A DNA stretch of 64,000 nt, from NCBI GenBank assembly GCA_016748015.1, contig JAAOMT010000128.1, positions 1,557,538 through 1,621,537 on the forward strand, read 5' to 3'. The DNA is from Geosiphon pyriformis uo1. Its lineage: Eukaryota; Fungi; Glomeromycota. Positions 14,061 to 26,500 of this stretch are shown here, piece after piece; the stretch's first letter is position 1, and each line of letters starts with the position of its first letter. Below the pieces are notes generated by a model. That model was not told where the DNA came from and ran no database searches. It worked only from the letters and a program-made list of their open reading frames with translations. The translations under genes and the position numbers were made by a program.

Positions 14061-14274
14061 GAAACGAGACTGATCCCAAAAAAAAAATTACTTGTCTTGA
14101 AGACTAAGTAATTTTCAAAGTAAAAGAAAAAGAAATCGAATTTCTAAACCAAGAAAATATAACGACACCAGAAAATTGAAAATTCTTGGCTTTTATTTCT
14201 GAAAATTATCTAATAATTCTTACTCATTCTTCATCATCATCATCATCATCATCATCCTCCATACAAAAGAAAAA

Positions 14275-15015
14275 ATGATTTCAAAAATTCAATTCCTCGT
14301 ACTCTTAATCACCGCATTTGCCCTTTTACTTTCAGTCACAAATTCAACACCAATCTCAATTAAAAAACGTGACGGTTTTACCGGTAGAGCCACTTATTAC
14401 AATCCCGCCTTAGGAGCTTGTGGCGTAACAAACACCGATTCCGACTTAATCTGTGCCTTAAATTCGCCTCAGTGGGGCGCACCCGTTAATCCAAACGTTC
14501 ATGGTGTTTGTGGGAAGGGAATTATGGTTCACGGTCCAGCCGGTTCCGTTAGGGTCGTAGTTCAAGATAGATGCATGGGTTGTCCATGGGGCGGCTTAGA
14601 TTTATCTCCAGCCGCGTTTCAGCAGATTGGAAGCCTGGATGCTGGTCACTTGGAAGTTAGTTGGGAATGGGAAGACGGAAGTGGTGGTTTTAGTGGTAGT
14701 TATTCGAGTGGTAGTACAACTGTTACAATTCCACCTCAACCTACTGCGACCGCTCCAGCATACACCATTTCAGCATCATCATCTTATAAATATTCATACG
14801 CCTATTCACATACCTACACTCCCACTCAAAAATCAGTTCCAACATCCGCTCCAACATCAATTGAAAAAGCACTTGAAGCATTTCATAAGGGCGATCTTTC
14901 ATTATACGATCTAAATAATATTGCAGCAGGAGTGCCGCCGTCAGTCAGTTACTCGAGTAGACCCAAAAAAAACAAATCCAATAGTAAAAAACAAAAAAAA
15001 TCAACTAAAGTATAA
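14275..15015 (+). CDS. Secreted RlpA-like double-psi beta-barrel (expansin/loosenin-like) protein with Ser/Thr linker and Lys-rich C-terminal tail
   Basis: Hydrophobic signal peptide, Kex2-type KKR site, DPBB motifs G.ATYY.P.LGACG / ICALNS / V.DRC.GC..GGLDLSPAAF, then an S/T/P-rich region and RPKKNKSNSKKQKKSTKV. Intronless 246 aa ORF. Confidence 0.9.
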   Translation: MISKIQFLVLLITAFALLLSVTNSTPISIKKRDGFTGRATYYNPALGACGVTNTDSDLICALNSPQWGAPVNPNVHGVCGKGIMVHGPAGSVRVVVQDRCMGCPWGGLDLSPAAFQQIGSLDAGHLEVSWEWEDGSGGFSGSYSSGSTTVTIPPQPTATAPAYTISASSSYKYSYAYSHTYTPTQKSVPTSAPTSIEKALEAFHKGDLSLYDLNNIAAGVPPSVSYSSRPKKNKSNSKKQKKSTKV

Positions 15016-15372
15016 TGAAAAACACGATTTTTTAGCGATTATAAAAATAAATTGTATCTTTAATTTTTCTTGTAAAATAAATTCCCAACCTTTGTAGATT
15101 ACTCCAATTTCACCTGATGAAAATTATCCTCCCCTTTATTATACATAGGTACATACAAACATACATACATAAATACATACATACCATAAATTTCTTATAT
15201 ATTCCCTTTATTTCTTTCGCTAGACTTTTAATCCTGTTTTAAAGATATAATAATTGTAGAAAAAAAAAACAAGAACAAAAAATTTTCTTCCAAATATAAT
15301 ATAATATAATCCCTTCTGTTTCCCTTTTTAGAGAGAGTGTGTAACTTTTTTTTTTTTTTTTTTTTTTTTTTT

Positions 15373-16328
15373 NNNNNNNNNNNNNNNNNNNNNNNNNNNN
15401 NNNNNNNNNNNNNNNNNNNNNNNNNNNNNNNNNNNNNNNNNNNNNNNNNNNNNNNNNNNNNNNNNNNNNNNNNNNNNNNNNNNNNNNNNNNNNNNNNNNN
15501 NNNNNNNNNNNNNNNNNNNNNNNNNNNNNNNNNNNNNNNNNNNNNNNNNNNNNNNNNNNNNNNNNNNNNNNNNNNNNNNNNNNNNNNNNNNNNNNNNNNN
15601 NNNNNNNNNNNNNNNNNNNNNNNNNNNNNNNNNNNNNNNNNNNNNNNNNNNNNNNNNNNNNNNNNNNNNNNNNNNNNNNNNNNNNNNNNNNNNNNNNNNN
15701 NNNNNNNNNNNNNNNNNNNNNNNNNNNNNNNNNNNNNNNNNNNNNNNNNNNNNNNNNNNNNNNNNNNNNNNNNNNNNNNNNNNNNNNNNNNNNNNNNNNN
15801 NNNNNNNNNNNNNNNNNNNNNNNNNNNNNNNNNNNNNNNNNNNNNNNNNNNNNNNNNNNNNNNNNNNNNNNNNNNNNNNNNNNNNNNNNNNNNNNNNNNN
15901 NNNNNNNNNNNNNNNNNNNNNNNNNNNNNNNNNNNNNNNNNNNNNNNNNNNNNNNNNNNNNNNNNNNNNNNNNNNNNNNNNNNNNNNNNNNNNNNNNNNN
16001 NNNNNNNNNNNNNNNNNNNNNNNNNNNNNNNNNNNNNNNNNNNNNNNNNNNNNNNNNNNNNNNNNNNNNNNNNNNNNNNNNNNNNNNNNNNNNNNNNNNN
16101 NNNNNNNNNNNNNNNNNNNNNNNNNNNNNNNNNNNNNNNNNNNNNNNNNNNNNNNNNNNNNNNNNNNNNNNNNNNNNNNNNNNNNNNNNNNNNNNNNNNN
16201 NNNNNNNNNNNNNNNNNNNNNNNNNNNNNNNNNNNNNNNNNNNNNNNNNNNNNNNNNNNNNNNNNNNNNNNNNNNNNNNNNNNNNNNNNNNNNNNNNNNN
16301 NNNNNNNNNNNNNNNNNNNNNNNNNNNN
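15373..16328. other. Assembly gap (956 N)
   Basis: Run of N flanked by poly-T. Confidence 1.
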
Positions 16329-16536
16329 TTTTTTTGGGGGGGGGGGGTTTTTTTTTATCGATAATGTACGTTTTGTTTTAACATGAAAATATATATATAT
16401 ATATATTTATATATGAAAATTATGAAGAATCATGAATAAGAAATATTTTTATAAGTATACCATTTTATAATTTTTACAATTTTATAAATTTGTTTTTTAT
16501 TCATTTTTTTATTCATTTTATTTTTTAATGAATCCC

Positions 16537-17114
16537 AATTCAATTCAATTCAATTCAATTCAATTCAATTCAATTCAATCCAATACAATACAATACAATA
16601 CAATCCAAATACATAATTATTAATTTTAATTAAAATAAAAATTTAAATCAATTCAAACTAAATCAAATATTAAAAAATATTAAAAATATATCAAAACTTA
16701 CATTTGTTAATTTATTTTATATCTAAAGAATTTTATTCTTCCAATACAATAGAATAAAATAAAATAGAATAAAATAGAATAAAATAAAATAGAATAGAAT
16801 AAAATAAAATAAAATAGAATACAATACAATCCACAGTATAATATATTTAATACTTTTAACATAACATTATTGGTGTAACAAAAAAAAACTTGACAAAGAA
16901 AGTCGAAAGCGTACGATAGAAAAATAAATAAAAAAATGTTTTTTTAAATATACTCATCATCATAATAATTAGATTGTAATGTCTATTAATTCAAGCAAGG
17001 AAAATCAAAAAAAAAAAAATTTTTTTTTAAACACTTCAATTGAGATAATTTTTTTTTATAAAATTTCAAAATTTACGTAAAATATCAATGATTTAAAATT
17101 AGTAATTTTATTTA

Positions 17115-17200
<86 letters not shown>
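16537..17200. repeat. Cluster of microsatellites (CAATT)n/(CAATA)n, (AATAG/AATAA)n, (TTA)n
   Basis: Directly visible at ~16537-16610, ~16750-16830 and ~17111-17200. Confidence 0.9.
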
Positions 17201-17201
<1 letters not shown>

Positions 17202-17981
17202 TTGGTAAAAAAATGTCTCAATTGATAAGATGTATTTCAGAATTTCATTCTAATTAAAGATCTACCTTTCATACCCGACTTAATCAAGACCACAATTAAT
17301 GGTTTTCTTTTTTCCCGCCCAAATTTCATATCCTTATGCACATATTTTTTTGACTTCCTGGTTTCACTGTATCATGACAGAGCAATAAATCCACAAATTA
17401 ATCAGATATTATTAAGTCTGGTACATTTCCAAACAAAGGCTTGACCAAAGGTAAAAGAATTGAAATGTGAGAGATTAAAGAACTTGTAAAATTTGGAATG
17501 ATTCAGTCAATGTAAAACAATTCTTTAGAACCTATCACCAGCCAATTCTTCCCGTTTTCTCTCATTGATTGATTAACCTCCTTAAAGCTCTTATAAAGAC
17601 CTATCTGAATAATACTTTTTTTGTCATCATTTTGAATATACGGCTAGATAAAAACTCGCACTTTCAACTAACCATTTAAAAACTAGTAGTCGTCCCCGAG
17701 TTCAAATAATGGAATTGAAACCCCGATAAGACCAAAGTTAATCAATTCACATGAATTTATTTTATTTTTTGATAGCTAGAGTATTTAATCAACATATTAA
17801 TTAATTGAGTTGCATATAATCAAGATCAAACTATTTTTCCCCATCAAAAATGGTGATTAATTGTCAAACTACTCCTCTTCTTATTAAGAGTCAATTCGTG
17901 AACTAGTAAAAAAAAATTCTTTTAACCATTTATCAAATCATTTGTATCACAGAATCACCATTTCACCACTCTCTTTCACCC

Positions 17982-18841
17982 ATGTCTTTGACCGAATCGC
18001 CACCAACTCCCGAATACATATTTCGTGGTCACACTGACCAAATCAATACCTTGGAATTTTACCATAATAACTCTCGTCTTTTATCTGGGTAAAATAAAAT
18101 TCCCCTAATATTCCTATTGGATCTCTTTCTCCAAATGAATTAATCTTGTGGATATATTTCTTTGAACACGAATAATAGAGATGAAGGAGGAAACTTTATA
18201 ATCTGGGATATGAAGACTCGTCGTTCTTTGGCAATATTTAAAGCACACAGTGAGGGAATACTAAAAGTCACCGGATGGATGGATAAATTGATCAGGTTCA
18301 TTATGCGTATTTATTTTTTCCCCTGGGATTTTGGAAATTTTATAATTATCGAAATTATTAAAAAGTCATGGAAGAGACAACTTGATCTTGATGTGGAAAG
18401 ATGTTTCAAACCTTTTGAATGACTCGACTACTGAATCGATAAAACCGATTTTAAGGATCTCGGTGAATTCTTTAAATTTTTGTCAGTTTTCAATGTGTCC
18501 CAAAGGTATTTTCCATTCGTCAACATCTTGATCAATTTTTATTTAGATTTCCTCTTAATATTTTTCTATCCTTAGGATCTGAAGAAATATATATAGCTGT
18601 CCCAAATCTTACAGATTCCAGTGGTGTAAGTTTTGTCCAAAATTTTAATTCTTCACTTTTGTTCAATTTTTTGATTATTTTTTTTTTCCCACCTCACAGA
18701 TTGATATCTGGGAATTAACATCTCAAAGACGTCTTGTTGACGGTATAGGACTTGACAAAATTTATTCCCAGAAAGGTAAATAATTGATTTTTCCATCAAG
18801 AGTCTCTTGGTTAATTCCAGAAATGCTCGAGTAACATATTC

Positions 18842-18878
<37 letters not shown>

Positions 18879-19723
18879 AACAATTTTTTTTAAAAAAAAG
18901 GATATTGCATGGCATTGAAACTATTTGACAAATCGTCAAAAGGTCTAGCTAGTAACCAGGCTTACTACATTTTGGCAGCTTATGAGAATGGAGGTGTATA
19001 TCTTTGGGAAGTTGATTGTTCAACTGGCTTGAAAAAGGCTTGTTGGAACCAGACTGAACATAGTGAAAGTGGTAAGCAATTTACTTATTATTCTGTAAAT
19101 TCTTTATTTTTGGACCAGATTTTGAATTGGGAATAACACAAGTCAAGCTTTGAGCGTTGATATTTCACAGAATTGGGCGTTTGCTATTTCTGTTGCTGGA
19201 GATAATAAAATTGTAAAATACAAATTTGCTGAGGTTCGTAATGTTATAAATGATTCGTCTTGCTATTTTTCTTCATCCATTCATTCATACTTTTATTTAA
19301 TTTATCTCAGTCAATAGATCAACCACCGAAAATCTCTCAAGTAACCATCAAAACCCCTGGTATCTCATACGTCTGCATCAGATCTGATGCAAAAATTTTT
19401 GCTACAGCTGGGTGGGATTCAAAGTAACTTTAGAATGTTCTTCTTTGATTGTTGATTTTTTTTTTCGATTTTGAACGGTCTCTTCATTTTTCCCTTACCA
19501 AAAAACTAGGGTTCGCGTATTTTCGGCGAAAACTCTTAAACCATTAGCGATTCTTTCCTACCACACTCAAAGTATACAAACCTTAGCTTTTTCACATGTG
19601 AAAAGTGATGTTGAGAAAGAACCAGAAAACAGCGAGAATAGTTCAAATGAAACGGAGGAACCAAAAAATTATTTGGTCGTTGGTGGAAAAGATGCAAGAA
19701 TAAGTTTGTGGGAAATATATTGA
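17982..19723 (+). CDS. ASA1: ASTRA-associated WD40 protein (Asa1/GNB1L homolog), 9 exons
   Basis: Spliced: [119 protein letters not shown]. These motifs are typical of Asa1/GNB1L; eight GT-AG introns. Confidence 0.88.
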
Positions 19724-20388
19724 TTAAAATTTTTTCACATAAAAATATTTTTTTCCTTTGGACGATTAACTGGGTGAAAAGGAAAAAATATTAGTTGGCT
19801 GTTTTACGACATAAAATATTTTATAAAAAAAAATTACAATTAGATTAAACTTTTTAGCCCATGAAAAATTAAAAAGGTAGAGTTATTATAAGTTACAATA
19901 TTTAGTTATTAATACATGTTCATGAACAAGATAAAATCTTCAATGTATTTATGAATGGAGCTTTTTCCAGAATAAATTAACAAAATAATATCTTGGAAAT
20001 ATATAATTATCTTTAATCATGAATCATTTAAAAGGTCTTTTCTTTTTTCATTGAATTACAATTGAAAGATAACCAAATCAATCTGAATTTGGAATCATTC
20101 ACATAAAAATCTTCCCAACTACTCAAAGCTCAAATTAGTCAAATACGTTTTCTTTTCAGACAAAATGTCTTGATTGTGAAATATAAGATCTAAGAATTAA
20201 TCCAACTATTGTGATAATTAAGGATATTATTATTATTATTTAAAGCTTGAAACTTTGCTGATGCGAATACTTTTTTTTAGCCAGGTAATAACCCCTTAAA
20301 GAAATGAGGATCTTTTTTATTCCCGATTTCAATGTTTCATATAGAGTTAGTTTAGTTATTATATATATATTGGATTAATATTCACTCT

Positions 20389-20402
20389 TGTTGTTATTAT
20401 TG

Positions 20403-20485
<83 letters not shown>

Positions 20486-20500
20486 GTTGTTGTTATTATT
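20389..20500. repeat. (TTA)n/(TTG)n microsatellite at the left edge of the TE block
   Basis: Directly visible. Confidence 0.95.
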
Positions 20501-20599
20501 GTTTTGGTTGTTTTAATAAAATATAGTCTTATACTATCTATTTTAATTATAATAAACAATTATAAATGTAAATTATGTGTTTTTAACATATAATCAGCC

Positions 20600-23500
20600 A
20601 TTATAAATTTATATTAAAATTATATTTATTTATTTTAAGCTTTAATAATATATTGCTTAAGAACTGAAGACTTTAATAGTAAAATACTTAACACTTACTT
20701 TCAAGAACCCAACTTTAACATTATTCAATATTGTAAAAAAAATACCCAATACAATTTAAATTCTCTTTAGACATAAAATTAGAATCTGAAAATAACAACA
20801 AAAGAAAACAAAAACAAAAATAAAATCCAAAAACAATTCACAAAACATTAAAAATAACTGCCAAATATTTACAAACATCTAAACAAAAAATCAGTATCAG
20901 ATTACTACTTTTTATTATACAATTTACTGAAAAAAAAACCATTTAAAACAAAGATACAGACAAAATAGCAAACATCTATATTGCAAAAATTACAGAATTT
21001 ACAGAAAAAAATATTGATACTAGTTTACAAAAATGGCTTAACCAAGTTAAAAAAACAGAAAATGTAAACAGATAAAATACAGCCAAAATATTAAAAACAA
21101 TTTCTTATTTCTTTAAAAAACAGCTGAAAAATGATTTAAAAATTTGGCTGAACTATTTAAAAATTGGCAAACATTTAAAGATGCTTTTTTAGAACAATTT
21201 ACTAACAATAATACATTTATTATTTTCCAAAATCAGTTTTATAATATCAAACAAAAATTATCCAAATCTATTATAACTTATCTTGAAAGATTTAACAAAC
21301 TTTTCCAATGAATTCAACAATTAGAAACCAACAACTATTACTCTAATGCCCAAATTTTGAACCAATTTATTACAAAATTAAAAGACAAACTTATTAAAAA
21401 AGTTTATTTACATGCTCCAAAAAACTTAGCCATTACTATTTAACATGTTAAAGCCTATAAAATAACAATAGAAAAAGCCAATTACACAAACTTGTCAACT
21501 TAACTATTGAAAAAACCAATTTAGCAATTAAAAAAAAAATTGACCAACTAATTAAAAAAGTCAAAAACTATTTTCCTAATTAATAACAATAGTAACAATA
21601 AAGATATTAACTATTACAATAATAAAATTCAAGCAACTTCTCATTATCAAACAGCCAAAACCAAAACTGTTATTATTGTGGAATTCTAAGACATTGAAAA
21701 TAAAACTGTCAAAAAATACAATGAAATTAACAACAACAAAATAATTAACATTATTCTTAAGTTCAACAATTATACTATTAATTTTTACTATCAGCTTATT
21801 ATTTTCAAAGACCACAAAATCAGAACAGTTATTATTAACTTGCTTTTTAGCAGTAATATTAACAATTTTTACAGACTTAACAATATTCATAATTATCAAT
21901 TGAACAATATTAAATACCTGTTCAAAGATTAGTTTAACAAAACTAATTTATACTTTAAAATCAATTTGCAATAAATAACAACAGATTCAATTTTAACAAC
22001 TAATTAATTTTTTAAAATCCAGTTCAATAAAAACCTAACTGTTACTATATACAACTTAATTATTTTATAATACCAGAAAAATTGAATTTTTAACAAACTG
22101 TACTTTTTGAAGATAAAACTAAAACAACAAAACAAAATTCTTTTAATAATACTATTCTACTAACCAATATTACCCAAAATGCCAACCTGTTTAATATCTT
22201 TTTATTTGAATTTAAAGCCAATAAATTGCCATTTTTACTTAATAATACAGTTATTATTGAACAGAAAGCAATTACAGCTATGTATACAGAAGCCAAAATT
22301 AAAAAAAAACTAAATTAGTTAATCTTAAACAGTAAATTTGCTAAAAATATTATTATATATTAATTAATACAATAACTTAAATAAAATGTAAATAGATCTG
22401 CCCAAACAATTATTGTTATAGTTAATAGTATGAAAAAACTCCAGTTAAAAAAATTGACAATTTTTTATTCACTATTAATGGAATTACTATTTTAATTAAA
22501 GTTTTTATTATGAATACATTTTAGTATTAGACTTTTGTTAAAAACAATTGGGTTCTTAAAGCCAATACAAAATTAGATTAAAAAACTCAGAAACTCAAGA
22601 TTTTATATCAAGAACAATACACTAAAGTATCTGCTACTTGTAGTACTTTTAACAAATAATTAGAAAAAGCTTCTGTATTTAAATTTGAAGAAAAGAAAGA
22701 AATACCAATTATTAAAACTTATATAGCTTTTAAATCAACATCTAATTAGACAAAAGAAACAAAAAAAAATTTTTTTAAAGAAACCAATAAATAAAATATT
22801 GTCTACTATTTTAAACCAAAATTACAAAAATAGTTAACTTATATTTTATTTAAATATAAGAACTGCAACAAAAAGCTTTTATTAATAGAAGTATACATAT
22901 CTTTAAAAGAGAAATATAAAACACATATATGCTATTATTGTAAAAAATGTCACAGAAAATGATTTGAATATTCTAAATAAATAAAAAATATAATAACACT
23001 TTTTGTCTTACTTTGTAAAAAACTACTATTAAAAAAATACAATTGGATTAATATTGCAATAAGAGAAAAAATTTGCAATTAAACATGTCAATATGTCTTA
23101 TTAATTACAAAAAAAGTCTACAAAAAAACCTTTTTCAATACAGTATATAACAGTATCCTTAACAAACTTTATTATTATCTATATAATGCCAAGATAATTT
23201 ATGAATTAACTATAGTTTTAATTAACAAAAAATTCAAAAAAATGTCTATCAAATAAAAAAAACTTATTAAATATACTTTTGAAATTGCTAGATACAACTA
23301 TGAAAATGAAAACCAACAAACACTTATTATAAACTTAAAGCAGTTTTTAGACTTTATAATTTATTTAATACTTGTAAAAATATTTTACAAAATCTAATAC
23401 TTTAATCAATAAAGATTCAATATATTAGCAAATTTACAGAACTGAAATTTCAATAATTTTTAGACAAAATTATTTTAATCATTTTGAACTATTATTTTAA

Positions 23501-26500
23501 TATTACAGATAGTGCTTGTAATTAGTTATATATAGAAAATGCATAATTTGTGTCTAGTTTAGATCACTTAGTTTGATGTATTATACTAGGTAGCTTTTGG
23601 TTTTTACTTGTTAAATATTAATAAAAAAAATAATGCTTGAACTTTAATAGAATTCAGTCTTGAAGAAGAGATTATGTTACCAATAAAATTTTAGCCATTA
23701 ATTAACATAAAATTATTTTTATAATTTTTATTACTAATTAGCATATATTATTACTATTTAAATTATTACTTATTATTTAATTGAATTATTAAAAATTACT
23801 ATTTAATTAATAATGCAATTTGTACAATAAAAGTTAGAATAATCAAATTACATAATATTTTAAATTATGTAACATTCAAGAATTCACTAAAATTTGTAAA
23901 AATTTGCTAAAATAATAAATAGTTTACTAAAATAGTTATTAATTTGTTAAAATAACTTGTAGTTTGTTGAAATATATTTTTAATTTATCAAAATTATAGC
24001 AAAGAAAAAAGTTCAAGTTTATAGACCAGTACTACAACAAATTGTATAAAAAAAAAGTTTTTTTTTTTAAGAAAATGTATCTTCTTTTAGACTTATCTTA
24101 CTTAGAATTATCTTCCTTAGAACAAATTTTTTAGTACAAATTAAATAAAAACCAAATACTTAAAAAACACAAATCTATTAATTGTATTAGAAATTTTCTA
24201 AATCTTAATTAATGTTTTGAAATTAACTAACTACCAATTTCAGTAAATTGTTTGTAACTTTAAGCCTAAACAGAAAATGATTCTTTTAATAAAATTTTAT
24301 TTCTTTTATAATTTTTTTATTTTCTTGTCTTTTTTTATTATAATTATTAGGGCAGTTTACAGATAAAATTCTTGTAAAAAAGTTGACTTTTACAACAAAG
24401 TAACTATACATTTTTAATAAGCTTCCATATGAGCAATTTTTAAAAAAGAGTTGACTTTTACTATAAAGTAACTATATATAGTAATTAATATAGAATTGGT
24501 TATTTTATTTATAAATTTAATAGTTTAAATTATAAGAGATAATTTAAAGATAAATTTAATTATCAAAAGTCTACTAGTTTCTAATAAATTATAAATTAAC
24601 AGCAAATTAACATTAACAACATTCAAAAAAAAAGACCAAAAACCTTTAATAACAACATTAATATTGTAATTTTAATTTCATTATATTGATAATATATAAT
24701 AAAAATTAAACAAAAAGTTTAAAATCAAGCTTTGTTGTTTAAAATAGCTTCAGAAATATGTTGTATAGTAGATATTATCAATTTTTATATATCTGTTAAA
24801 GCTTATAAACACTTTAAAATTTTTATTTACAACTTTATAAAAAATGTTATTGAAATTTCTAAAAGAATTTTTATTAGTTTTATTATTTCAAATATTCAAA
24901 ATTTTAAAAAACTCCAATTTATTCTTGACTTTGCACAATTATTTTTATTTTGCAATATTACTTTACAAGTATAAAACATGCTAAAAGAAAGTTATCTATT
25001 TACTTCAAACAATATTAATAAACTTAATTTAAAAAATTCAAGTATTCTTTAACAAATACAACTCAAAATTCTACTAAATCAATATGATAATGTTTTTGCC
25101 AATAAAAACAAATTCAGATGTACAAATATTATAAAACATAAAATTAATACTAAAAATGCCAGGCCAATTAAACAATAAATCTATAGAGTTATTTTGAATA
25201 AAAACAATTTAATCAAACAAAAAGTACAGTAAATATTAGACAATAACTTAATAAAAAAATTATTAAATTTATAATTGTTATCTATTATTCTGATCACAAA
25301 AAAAATAGAAAAATTTATTTTTGTGTTAATTATTAAAAACTTATTAATATTACTTAAAAAGATAACTATTTAATTCTTTTAATTTAAGAAATCCTAAATA
25401 ATTTGAAAAACAAAAAATAATTTTTATTGTTGAATTTAGCCAGCAAATATTAGTAAGTTAAAATAAATCTAATTGACAAAAAAAAACTGTTTTTATCATT
25501 AAAAATAAAAATTTTAAGTTTAATGTTATGCTTTTTAAACTCTATAGTACTTTAGCTATTTTTTAATGCTTAATAGAAATAGTATACAAAAAAATTCTAT
25601 AAAAATTGGTTATTATGTATTTAAATAACACTAATATATTTTTAAAAACATTTAATAACTATTTATTTTATCTTTAACAAGTTTTTAATTATTTTTAAAA
25701 TGTTGAACTTAAGCTAAACTTAAACAAATACTTCTTTGAAAAAACAGAATCTAAATTTTTAAAACATATTATTAAAAAAATAAAGTAAAACTTAATTCAA
25801 ACAAAGTTCAAAAAATTAAAAATATTTTTGTTTCAACTAATTTTTAAAAACTCTAAAGATTTTTAAAACTTATTAAATATTATTATTACTTTATTAAAAA
25901 TTTTTCAGATATTATCAAACTTTTCTATTACTTGTTTTCAAAATATATACTATATATGTAAAAAATTAAACAACAAAAAGTTTTTAATTACTTTAAGCAT
26001 TGACTTATAAAAGCCCTAATTTTAATATATTCGGATTTTATAAACAGTTTATTATAGCCATCAATACATTAAAAAATGTTTTTAAAGCAGTTTTATTTTA
26101 AATTAAATCTAATAATAAAGAATATTTTGTTGTTTATATTAACAGAAACACCAGTACAGTCAAAAAAATATATAATACTACAAACTTAAAATGTTTTACT
26201 ATTTATTAAATCATATAAAACTGGAAACATTACTTTTATTAACTATTTAATTTATATATAGATTATAAAAAACTAATTTAGCTATTTAACAAACTTTAAT
26301 TAAAAAAAAGATACAAGATAAAACACATATCTGCAGCAATTTTTCTATAAAGTACATTATAAAAAAAAGCCAAAAATACTAATATTAACAACTTGTTAAA
26401 AATAACTCAAATTTAATCTTATTAATAAATACAACTACTTACTAATAATTATACTAATATCTGTTAAGACTTTAGTTTAAGAAAAAACTATCTTAACAAA

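Noticed and set aside
15337-16386. 349 aa ORF in the ORF track
   Set aside because: Artefact of the N gap (poly-X).
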